From assembly GCA_025464915.1 (NCBI GenBank), contig JAODNF010000341.1, forward strand, positions 1 through 49,961: a stretch of DNA of 49,961 nucleotides, given 5' to 3'. Positions within the stretch are counted from its first letter, which is position 1. Each line of letters starts with the position of its first letter. Positions 17,735 through 25,762 of the stretch are shown here, piece by piece. The notes under the pieces are model-generated. The model was not told where the DNA came from, searched no databases, and saw only the letters and a list, made by a program, of their open reading frames with translations. Made by a program: the position numbers and the translations under genes. This DNA is from Frankiales bacterium. GTDB lineage: Bacteria; Actinomycetota; Actinomycetes; Mycobacteriales; SCTD01.

Positions 17735-19314
17735 AAGCCCTGACCCTGGTCGCAGCCGCACTCACGAGCGAGCCGCAGCTGCTCCGCGCTCTCGATGCCG
17801 TTCGCCACCACGAGCAGGTCGAGCGAGTGGGCGAGCTCGCAGAGGGCACGGACGAGGGCCCGTGCACTGCGCACCGTGGGCAGCTGCCAGGTGATCGCCG
17901 GGTGCAGCTTGAGGTAGTCCAGCGGGTAGGACCAGAGGGTCGTCAGTGCCGACAGGTCGGACCCGAAGCCGTCGAGCCCCACCTGCACGCCGCCGCGACG
18001 CAGGTCCTCGAGCCGCTGCAGCGCTGCGGAGGAGGTCCTGCGCAGCACCTCCTCGCGCAGCTCGACGCGCAGCGCACCGGAGCCGGCGTGCTGATCGCTC
18101 AGGGTCTCCATCGCCCGGTCCCGCCAGGCGTCGTTCTCGAGGTCGATGCCTGCGAGGTTGAGGTCGACGGGCAGCGGGGTGGACGACCCGTCCTGGTGGG
18201 ACATCGCCTGCGCGAGAACCTCGAGGTCGAGTGCGCCGATCAGCCGCTCGGACGTCGCGATCTCCAGGAAGTCGGGTGGCCGCAGGAACTCGCCGGCCGG
18301 GCCCGGCACGCGCAACAGGGCCTCGGTCCCGATGCGCTGCCCGCTGGCCAGGTGCACGACCGGTCGATAGTCGAGAGCCACCGTGTGGGTCCGGAGGGCC
18401 TCGTGGATGACGGCTGTGACCCGCTTGCGCGTGCTCAGCCGGGCTTCGTCCCCGGCTCCCCACGCGCTCCAGCGGCCGCCACCCGCTGCCTTGGCCTGGT
18501 ACATCGCCACATCGGCTCGTCGGAGCAGCGTCTCGGTGGTCTGGGTCGCGTCGGACGTGATGGCCAGGCCGACGCTGACGGAGCAGTCGAGCTCGTGCCC
18601 CTCGACGTCGACGGCGATCAGGCCGACCGACACGATCCTCCTCGCGAGCAGCTCGGCATCCGCTGGGTCGTGCAGGTCGCCGATCAGGACGGCGAACTCG
18701 TCGCCCCCCATGCGCGCGAAGGTGTCGCCTGGACGCAGGAGCGACTGCACGCGACGGCCCAGCTCGCGCAGGACCGCGTCGCCCGCCTGGTGCCCCAGTC
18801 TGTCGTTGACCGGCTTGAGCCGGTCCAGGTCGAGGAAGAGCAGCGCCACCCAGAGCCGCTCGCGTCCCAGTCGACGCAGGGCATGCCGGGCGTGGTCGAC
18901 CAGCACAGGCCGGATCGCGGCGCCCGTGAGCTGGTCGGTGTGGGCAGCGGTCACGACGGAGACAGGGGTCGCACCGCGATCCGTCACGTCGCGCAGGTGG
19001 ACGGTCAGCTCGCCCGGATCACCGGAACGGGTGGTGACCTCGAGCTCGAACCAGTGGGGCTCGCCCGCGGGGTCGAGCAGCTCGACGCGCACCAGTTCCG
19101 CACGCCGGGACGCCGCTACGGTGTCGAGCGCCACGCGCAGCCGGAGACGGGCTGCGGGAGGGACGAGCTCGAGCAGGGAGCGCCCGGCGAGAGTGCCGTG
19201 CTCGTGGCCCATGGCTGCCCTGTAGGCGCGTGATGCGTGGACCACGACCCAGTCGGATCCGACGGCCGCCACGGCGCAGACCGCGAGGCGGTGCTCGCCG
19301 CTGCGTTCGGTCAT
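17620..19314 (-). CDS. PAS-GGDEF-EAL c-di-GMP turnover protein
   Basis: 564 aa. SD GAGGAGGAG lies before ATG 19314. PAS-like N-domain. I-site RPGD sits five residues before an intact GGDEF (RPGDTFARMGGDEFAVL). EAL domain motifs YRPVVHL, GTEALLRV, DYLKL, VANGIES and DQGQGFYW. Confidence 0.9.
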   Translation of the reverse strand: MTERSGEHRLAVCAVAAVGSDWVVVHASRAYRAAMGHEHGTLAGRSLLELVPPAARLRLRVALDTVAASRRAELVRVELLDPAGEPHWFELEVTTRSGDPGELTVHLRDVTDRGATPVSVVTAAHTDQLTGAAIRPVLVDHARHALRRLGRERLWVALLFLDLDRLKPVNDRLGHQAGDAVLRELGRRVQSLLRPGDTFARMGGDEFAVLIGDLHDPADAELLARRIVSVGLIAVDVEGHELDCSVSVGLAITSDATQTTETLLRRADVAMYQAKAAGGGRWSAWGAGDEARLSTRKRVTAVIHEALRTHTVALDYRPVVHLASGQRIGTEALLRVPGPAGEFLRPPDFLEIATSERLIGALDLEVLAQAMSHQDGSSTPLPVDLNLAGIDLENDAWRDRAMETLSDQHAGSGALRVELREEVLRRTSSAALQRLEDLRRGGVQVGLDGFGSDLSALTTLWSYPLDYLKLHPAITWQLPTVRSARALVRALCELAHSLDLLVVANGIESAEQLRLARECGCDQGQGFYWPAPSSAAWLPSAQQRAVPNGHQAVPRPPVSTPGSN

Positions 19315-19449
19315 GGCTCCTCCTCTTCTTCAGGAGGGGCGTCACGTTCGTCTGAATACCCGACGACCTGGTGCATCACGGGCGTACCTGACGTCTCTGA
19401 GGTTCTGGGGCCCGCGCATCGGTCCGGGCCTGGTGAAGGGGAGAGCCAC

Positions 19450-19713
19450 GTGCTGGAGCTCACGGACCATGCCCGGAAGATGATCGGCGAGCTCTGCGCT
19501 CGAAGGAGAAGCCCCGGCGCGGGCCTGCGCATCGCCCAGCGCCCCGCAGGGCCAGGGCTCTGCATGTCCGTGCAGGACGAGCCCGCGCCCGGTGACGTGG
19601 TCGTGAGGATCGACCAGGCGGTGCTCTACCTCGACGCCACGGCGCGCGACAGGCTCGCGGGTCAGACGTTGGATGCCCGCTCGAACGAGCTCGGCGCGGC
19701 GTTCTTCCTCTGA
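19450..19713 (+). CDS. HesB/IscA-like small protein lacking the C-terminal Cys motif
   Basis: ORF 19237..19713 trimmed to GTG 19450, preceded by GGTGAAGGGGAGAG. The 87-aa product VLELTDHARKMIGEL...GLRIAQRP...LYLDATARDRLAGQTLDA has the IscA-fold pattern but ends ELGAAFFL with no CGC motif. Confidence 0.55.
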   Translation: MLELTDHARKMIGELCARRRSPGAGLRIAQRPAGPGLCMSVQDEPAPGDVVVRIDQAVLYLDATARDRLAGQTLDARSNELGAAFFL

Positions 19714-19723
19714 GCCCCCGCCG

Positions 19724-20395
19724 TCAGAGATCTGTCGAGCCGCCCCGTCGGGCCTGCGTGAGGACGACAGCCTCCAGGCAGCTGTGCACGCCGAGCTTCT
19801 CGAACAGGTGCTGGATGTGCGTTCGCACGGTGTTGATCGACATCTCGTGACGCCGGGCGATGGCAGCCCGCGAGCTGCCCTCGACGAGACCCGCGAGGAC
19901 CTGGCGCTCTCGCGGTGTGAGGCTGGCGAACCTGGCGGTCAGGCCGTCGTCCGCTGCCCTGCGGAGCTCCTGCAGCGCCTCGCCGACCGCCCACCGCGGG
20001 AGCCACCAACCGCCGGCCGAGACCTCGCGCAGCACGCGGTCGACGTGGTCCAAGCTGTCGCTCGTGCAGGCCCAGCCCCTGGCCCCGGCGAGCACCAGGG
20101 CGGGCAGCGCGGTCTCGTCGCGGCTGACCAGCAGGACCACGACCGCTGCTTCCGGGTGCTGCGTCGTGAGCTGGGCGAGCAGCTGCCGGCCGCGGCCCTT
20201 GCTGCTCATGAGCACGGTGTGGGGCGCCGGCGGTGCTTCGCCCGAGGGGTGCAGGACCTCGACGGGTGTCGCCGCGCGGACCTGCCAGGCGCCGAAGCTC
20301 CTGGAGGTCAGTGCCATGGCGAGGCTCTCCGCGAAGGTCTTCTCCTCGTCGATGACGAGGACGTCGAGCGCACCGTGCACGAGCGGGGTGCTCAC
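19724..20395 (-). CDS. LuxR-family regulator with pseudo-receiver domain (VpsT/CsgD-like architecture)
   Basis: ORF 19724..20992 trimmed to GTG 20395, which overlaps the upstream stop as GTGA. The receiver-like domain has Ser at the acceptor position (HTVLMSSKG). The linker contains GGWWLPRWAV. HTH LTPRERQVLAGLVEGSSRAAIARRHEMSINTVRTHIQHLFEKL. Confidence 0.8.
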   Translation of the reverse strand: MSTPLVHGALDVLVIDEEKTFAESLAMALTSRSFGAWQVRAATPVEVLHPSGEAPPAPHTVLMSSKGRGRQLLAQLTTQHPEAAVVVLLVSRDETALPALVLAGARGWACTSDSLDHVDRVLREVSAGGWWLPRWAVGEALQELRRAADDGLTARFASLTPRERQVLAGLVEGSSRAAIARRHEMSINTVRTHIQHLFEKLGVHSCLEAVVLTQARRGGSTDL

Positions 20396-21012
20396 CCGCA
20401 GCGCTCGCCCTCGAGATCCGGCCACCAGTGCCGGTGAGAGTGCGCGACCGCCTCGAGGCGCGAGTGCGCGCCCAGCTTCTCGATGACGGTCTGCACGTAG
20501 CAGCGAGCGGTCGAGTGCGAGATCCCCAGGCCCGTGGCGATCTCGCGGGTCGTACGGACGTCGCGCATGAGGTCGAGCGTGCGCTGCTCCTGACGGGTGA
20601 GGAACCTCAGCCGGGTGGGGTCGGCCTGCTCGCGGGGGCTGGGCAGGGCGCCCGAGACGCATCCCGAGACAGCGAGCAGCACGTCCTTTAGGGCGTGCCC
20701 CCGGTGCAGCACGACCTGCGCGCCGGCTCTCAGCAGCGCCCGGTGCAGCGAGTGGCGCTCGAGCCCCGTGAGGCACACGATCCGAGTGGTAGGCGCAGCT
20801 CGACGGCACGCGGTCACGATCCGCTCGTCGTCGAAGGGGGTGCGGCCCCGGAGGCTGAGCACCAGCACGCTCGTCGGATCGTCGCTGACGACGCTGAGCG
20901 CGTCGAGATGCCCTTCCACGGCGTGGACCTGGCACGTGAGGGAGGCCAGCGCCAGGGCCAGCGCCTCTGCCGCGAGCAGCTGCTCGTCGCACACCACCAC
21001 CAGCTGGTGCAT
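20392..21012 (-). CDS. LuxR-family regulator with pseudo-receiver domain
   Basis: ORF 20392..21141 trimmed to ATG 21012, with a strong SD AAGGAGG upstream. VVVCDEQ, but there is no acceptor Asp (VLVLSLRG). HTH LTRQEQRTLDLMRDVRTTREIATGLGISHSTARCYVQTVIEKL. Confidence 0.8.
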   Translation of the reverse strand: MHQLVVVCDEQLLAAEALALALASLTCQVHAVEGHLDALSVVSDDPTSVLVLSLRGRTPFDDERIVTACRRAAPTTRIVCLTGLERHSLHRALLRAGAQVVLHRGHALKDVLLAVSGCVSGALPSPREQADPTRLRFLTRQEQRTLDLMRDVRTTREIATGLGISHSTARCYVQTVIEKLGAHSRLEAVAHSHRHWWPDLEGERCG

Positions 21013-21170
21013 GCGGCCACCTCCTTGCGGTCCCGGCTCGTTTGGGCAGAGCGTGCCGTCGCCCGGCCTGATACGCCGACCAGGTCGCTGACGTAGTGCG
21101 GTCGCAGGGTCCCGACCGTCACCCGACGTGGCACGGTGCACCCACAGGTCCCGTCCAGAGCCGAGGTGCC

Positions 21171-22166
21171 ATGCGGTCCGGAGTGAGCGTCATCATGCCG
21201 GTCCGGCAGGAGGGCGCGGGCCTGCGCGCGGTGCTGCGGGCAGTGCAGGACCAGGAGTGCCTCGAGGTCCTGGTGGCAGTCGGTCCGAGCACGGACGGGA
21301 CCGAGGAGCTCGTCGCCGCAGTGGCGCGCGAGGACCCGCGGGTCCGCCTGCTGCCCAATCCCGAGGGCATCGTCAGCACGGGGCTCAACCGGGCCATCCG
21401 CGAGGCCAGGGGCGGCCGGGTGGTGCGGATCGACGGTCACTGCCTCGTCCCGAAGGGCTACGTGGCAAGCCTGCTCGCGACGGCCGAGCGGACGGGCGCG
21501 AGCTGCGTCGGACCCCAGCTGCGGACCGTCGGTCGCGGCCCTGTGCAGCAGGGCATCGCCTCGGCGATGAGCTCGCCGTTCGGTGTCGGCGCGGCGCGCT
21601 TTCGCACGGGGGGTGCCTCCGGTTACGTCGACACCGTCGCTTTCGGGCTCTACGAGACCGCGCGCCTGCGCCTGCTCGGCGGGTTCCGGGAGGACCTCGT
21701 CCGCAACCAGGACGACGAGCTGAACGCACGCCTGCGACGGTCGGGCGGCACCATCTACCTCGACGCGGGCGTCACCGTCGACTACTTCCCCCGGGCGTCG
21801 TTGGTGGGCCTGTTCCGCCAGTACTACGAGTACGGCTACTGGCGCACCGTGACGGCGCGCCTGCACGGGGACGCCCTCAGACCCCGGCAGCTCGTGCCGG
21901 GTGCGTTTGTCGCCGCGGTCGCGGTCACCGTGGCGGTCGGTGCCACGGGCCGGACCGCGCCGCTCGGGGCGCTGGGTGGGTGCTACGGAGCGGTGCTCCT
22001 GCTCCTTGTGGGTCAGACGCAACGCCGGACCCGCAGTCCTGCCGTCGCGCTGCTGAGTGCCCCGGCCGCGGTCGTCCTGCACCTGTCGTACGGGCTGGGC
22101 CTGTGGCGCTCGCTGCTGAGGTGGAGCATCCTCGCGCCAGCCCGCAGGAGCGAGTCGCCGGCGTGA
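21171..22166 (+). CDS. Family 2 glycosyltransferase (ExoA-like) with C-terminal membrane helices
   Basis: ORF 21096..22166 trimmed to ATG 21171 (SD GAGGTG). GT-A motifs VSVIMPVRQE, STDGTEELV and VRIDGHC. The C-terminus has hydrophobic helices (LVPGAFVAAVAVTVAV, AVLLLLVG, LSAPAAVVLHLSYGLGLW). Confidence 0.85.
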   Translation: MRSGVSVIMPVRQEGAGLRAVLRAVQDQECLEVLVAVGPSTDGTEELVAAVAREDPRVRLLPNPEGIVSTGLNRAIREARGGRVVRIDGHCLVPKGYVASLLATAERTGASCVGPQLRTVGRGPVQQGIASAMSSPFGVGAARFRTGGASGYVDTVAFGLYETARLRLLGGFREDLVRNQDDELNARLRRSGGTIYLDAGVTVDYFPRASLVGLFRQYYEYGYWRTVTARLHGDALRPRQLVPGAFVAAVAVTVAVGATGRTAPLGALGGCYGAVLLLLVGQTQRRTRSPAVALLSAPAAVVLHLSYGLGLWRSLLRWSILAPARRSESPA

Positions 22167-23488
22167 CGACCGTCCTCGCTGGCCCGGACCGGTTGCGTGG
22201 TAGGCGAGTCCAGTGGTCGCTGGTCCCGCTGCTCACCGCCGGCGTCCTGCTCCTGGTGCCCGACCTCGACCTCGTGCACGCCTTGGTCGTGCTGTTCCTG
22301 GCCATGGCGGTGGCCTCGCTGCTGATCGCTCCCCGTGGGCTGGTCGTCGCACGCACGTTCGTCGTCGGTTACCTCGTGCTGCAGTTCCCGGTGCGGGCCC
22401 TCTTCCTGCTCACGGCGCCCAAGGAACGGCCGCCGCTCTATGCAGAGCTGGCGCCGGGAACGGGGCTGGAACCGGCCCTGGCCCAGGCTCTCGCCCAGTC
22501 CTGCGCGGGCCTGGCCGTGATGCTGCTCGCCTACTGCCTCGTGCCCAGGAAGCGCACCGAGGTCAAGACCGTCGTGGGGGCATCACTCCGCCGGGTTCCG
22601 CTGCTGTGGCTGCTCGGCGTGGCTGTCCTGCTGCTGCCGGTCGAGGTCAAGGGCGCCGCTGCCGGTGCGGTCGGCGGCAGCTTCCTGCTCAGCCTCCCCG
22701 GCCTCGCGGCGTGCGGGGCCGCGGCCGCCGTCAGCTATGCCTTCGTGCAGGAGCCCGGCCGCCACCTCGTCCCGTTCGCCCTCTGCCTCGGGTACGTCGC
22801 GGCGCGGGTCTCGCTGCTGCACAGCAAGCTGGGCCTGCTGGGGTGCCTGCTGGCACTCATCATCGGTTTCGCCGCACGAGAGCGCGAGCAAGGCCGCCGA
22901 CGGCCTGTCCCGTGGCGGGGGGCAGTCGTGCTCGTCCTGGCCGTGCTCGGCGCGCTCGTCGTCTTCGCCGTGTCCAGCGGGCGCAACCGGGGCCAGGACC
23001 TGTCAGGCGTGATCAGCCAAGGCAGCGAGGCAGCCGTGTCGCGCAGCTATGGCGTGGACGCGCTCGTCGCGTCGAACGAGCACCTGAAAGCGGGGGCCGC
23101 ACCGCTGCACGGCTCGAGCTTCCTGGACCTCGCGACGTCGTGGATCCCGCGAGGCCTCTGGCCGGACAAGCCCCGGTCCTTCTCCATCCGCTTCGGCGAG
23201 GAGGTGTTCTCCTTCTCGCACAGCGCAGGCAACGAGTTCTTCGCCCCGAGCTACTCCGGGGAGTGGCTGCTCAACTTCGGACTGGTCGGGTTGCTGGTGG
23301 GGTGGGCGGTCTTCGGGGTCGTCCTCGCGAGGGTCGACGCGATCGGCTCACTCGGCCACCGCATGCTGTGGCTGGTGCCTGCGGTCCACATGGTGGAGGG
23401 CTCGGTCGTCGCGCAGCTCTGGCTCGCGCTGCCGTTCGTGCTGGGGGGCTACGCCGTGCTCAGAGCGACTCGACCCGATCACCCTTGA
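22163..23488 (+). CDS. Wzy-type oligosaccharide repeat-unit polymerase (O-antigen polymerase/ligase-like membrane protein)
   Basis: The tail of ORF 21128..23488, starting at GTG 22163 and overlapping the GT2 stop as GTGA. About 10 or more TM helices, with a large extracytoplasmic loop containing SWIPRGLWPDKPRSF. Confidence 0.7.
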   Translation: MTTVLAGPDRLRGRRVQWSLVPLLTAGVLLLVPDLDLVHALVVLFLAMAVASLLIAPRGLVVARTFVVGYLVLQFPVRALFLLTAPKERPPLYAELAPGTGLEPALAQALAQSCAGLAVMLLAYCLVPRKRTEVKTVVGASLRRVPLLWLLGVAVLLLPVEVKGAAAGAVGGSFLLSLPGLAACGAAAAVSYAFVQEPGRHLVPFALCLGYVAARVSLLHSKLGLLGCLLALIIGFAAREREQGRRRPVPWRGAVVLVLAVLGALVVFAVSSGRNRGQDLSGVISQGSEAAVSRSYGVDALVASNEHLKAGAAPLHGSSFLDLATSWIPRGLWPDKPRSFSIRFGEEVFSFSHSAGNEFFAPSYSGEWLLNFGLVGLLVGWAVFGVVLARVDAIGSLGHRMLWLVPAVHMVEGSVVAQLWLALPFVLGGYAVLRATRPDHP

Positions 23489-24725
23489 GGCGGTTGCGGG
23501 TGTCGAAGACGTAGCGGGCGTGAGTCGTGACCATGGCGTAGTCGAAGCAGTCGTGGTCGGTGACCAGGACGACGGCGTCGGCCGCGCGCACCTCCTCCTC
23601 CGTGAGCTGCACCCGGACGACCGAGGCGGGGAGGTGCTGCTCGGTGACGAGGGGGTCGCACGCCCGCACCTCGGCGCCGAGGTTCACCAGCCGCTGCACG
23701 ATCACGGCCCCCGGGGCCTGCCGGGCGTCCCCGGTGTTGCGCTTGTACGCGAGACCGAGGACCAGGACGCGGGCGTTCGAGACCGCAGTGCGCCGGTGGT
23801 TGAGCCCGAGGAGCACGCGCTGCACCACGTGGTCGGGCATGTGGTCGTTGATGTCGTTGGCGAGCTCCACGAAGCGGAAGCTCTCCCCGAGGTTGCGGCG
23901 GACGCTCCACGAGAGGTAGCTCGGGTCGATCGGGAGGCAGTGCCCACCGACTCCGGGACCCGGTGTGAACGGCATGAACCCGAACGGCTTCGTGGCCGCC
24001 GCATCGATCGCTGACCAGATGTCGATGCCGAGGTCGGCGGCGAACACGGCGAGCTCGTTGACGAGGGCGATGTTGACGTGCCGGAAGGTGTTCTCCAGCA
24101 GCTTGGCGAGCTCGGCCTCGCGCGGCGACGGGACGGCGACCGTCCGCGTGACGATCCGGTCGTAGAACTGCCTGACCTGCTCCAGCGAGTCGTGGTCGAT
24201 GCCCGAGATGATCTTCGGGGTGTTCTCCAGGCGCCAGGTCGGGTTGCCCGGGTCGATCCGCTCAGGGCTGTAGCCGAGGAAGAAGTCGACGCCGGCCCGC
24301 AGACCGCTGCCCGTCTCCAGGAGCGGCCCGACGACCTCCTGGGTCGTCCCGGGATAGCTCGTCGACTCGAGGACCACGAGCGCACCTGGCTTGAGGTGCG
24401 CGGCCAGCGTCCTGGACGCGGCCTCGATGAAGGACAGATCGGGGCTGCCCTCGGACAGTGGGGTCGGCACGGTGATGACGGCGACGTCGAAGCCGTCGCA
24501 GTCCGCAGCGGCGGTGGTGGGAAGGAACCGCCCCGTGCGCAGGCAGGCCTGCACCGTGTCGTCGCTCACGTCCTCGACGAACGAGCGCCCCGCCGCCAGC
24601 TCGTCGATCCGCGACGTGGCGACGTCCAGGCCCACGACGGCGTACCCCGCCTCGACCGCGCGGACAGCCAGGGGCAGGCCCACGTAGCCCAGCCCGACGA
24701 CGACGACCTTCTCCTGCTCGCTCAT
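23460..24725 (-). CDS. NDP-sugar 6-dehydrogenase (UDP-glucose/GDP-mannose dehydrogenase family; UDP-N-acetylhexosamine type likely)
   Basis: 421 aa. Rossmann motif VVVVGLGYVGLPLA and catalytic Cys in GPGVGGHCLPIDP. The substrate cannot be assigned from sequence alone. Confidence 0.9.
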   Translation of the reverse strand: MSEQEKVVVVGLGYVGLPLAVRAVEAGYAVVGLDVATSRIDELAAGRSFVEDVSDDTVQACLRTGRFLPTTAAADCDGFDVAVITVPTPLSEGSPDLSFIEAASRTLAAHLKPGALVVLESTSYPGTTQEVVGPLLETGSGLRAGVDFFLGYSPERIDPGNPTWRLENTPKIISGIDHDSLEQVRQFYDRIVTRTVAVPSPREAELAKLLENTFRHVNIALVNELAVFAADLGIDIWSAIDAAATKPFGFMPFTPGPGVGGHCLPIDPSYLSWSVRRNLGESFRFVELANDINDHMPDHVVQRVLLGLNHRRTAVSNARVLVLGLAYKRNTGDARQAPGAVIVQRLVNLGAEVRACDPLVTEQHLPASVVRVQLTEEEVRAADAVVLVTDHDCFDYAMVTTHARYVFDTRNRLKGDRVESL

Positions 24726-25762
24726 GTGCTTTCCCTCGTGAGGTCACGGCTGGTGTCCGGCCACGTCCAGGCAGGCAGGTGCCCGGCGGCGATGGCCCGT
24801 ACCCGCGCCTGCCAGTCCGGCAGTGCGAAGCGGGATGCGTAGCGCCGCGCGGCCGCCGCGGCACCCGGGTAGCCGGCCAGCTCCACGACGGCGGCTGCGA
24901 TCGCCTCCGAACCTGCGGTCGCGGCGAGCAGGATGCCTGTCTCGCCCTGGGCGATCCCGAAGCGGCTTCCGCCGCAGTCGAGCACGACGGCCGGGCAGCC
25001 GAACGCAGCCGCCTCCAGGACGACCAGCCCGAGTCCCTCGTACTCGCCCTCTTCGTGGCGCGGCAGGAACAGCAGCGCCTCGGCGCTCGCGTAGAGCCGG
25101 TCCCGCTCGTGCTCGGCAACGGCCCCGTGGACGGCGATCCGGAGCTTCCGGTGCTCCTTCGTGGCGGCCAGCTGACGCAGCCGAGGCAGATCCGGGCCCG
25201 GGCCGACCACGTCGAGCCGGACGTCGCGCTGCGTGGCGAGGAGTGACGCGACCTCGATGGCTGTGTCATGGCCCTTCCTCGGGATCGCGCGCCCGACCGA
25301 CACCAGCCGGAGCTCCCCGCTGTCGCGTTCCTGGCCCTGACCGAGTGGGAGGGCGCCGGCCCGGATGGGCGGCCCCACCAGCTGCACGCGGCGCCGGACG
25401 TCAGGCGGAAGGAGCTGCGCGGCCATGGGACTGACGGCCAGCAGGACATCGCTGGTGTGGAGCGCCCGCGACCGGAGCAGCTGGTGCGCCCGGCTGCGAT
25501 CCCTCGTCAGCTCAGCACCGTGGAGCCACAGCACGCTCGGGCCCGGCAGCCGCGGATGGGTCGCGGTGACGAGGGCGTGGGTCTTCCACGTCAGGGACAT
25601 CCAGGTGGAGGGAGGACGGCGGGAGGCGACGATCCGACGCGGTCCGAGGTGGAGCTGCGCCCCGCAGGGTGACGCCGAGAGCGCCTGGTAGGCCGCGCTG
25701 GCCACCTGCTCGACACCACCGACCCCGTCGGCGGGCGCGTAGACCGCCACAGGCCCGCTCAC
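24722..25762 (-). CDS. GT4 (GT-B, family 1 group) glycosyltransferase
   Basis: The tail of ORF 24722..26740, starting at GTG 25762 (GTGA overlap with the upstream stop). Its own stop overlaps the dehydrogenase start as ATGA. E-x7-E region HEEGEYEGLGLVVLEAAAFGCPAV. Confidence 0.85.
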   Translation of the reverse strand: MSGPVAVYAPADGVGGVEQVASAAYQALSASPCGAQLHLGPRRIVASRRPPSTWMSLTWKTHALVTATHPRLPGPSVLWLHGAELTRDRSRAHQLLRSRALHTSDVLLAVSPMAAQLLPPDVRRRVQLVGPPIRAGALPLGQGQERDSGELRLVSVGRAIPRKGHDTAIEVASLLATQRDVRLDVVGPGPDLPRLRQLAATKEHRKLRIAVHGAVAEHERDRLYASAEALLFLPRHEEGEYEGLGLVVLEAAAFGCPAVVLDCGGSRFGIAQGETGILLAATAGSEAIAAAVVELAGYPGAAAAARRYASRFALPDWQARVRAIAAGHLPAWTWPDTSRDLTREST

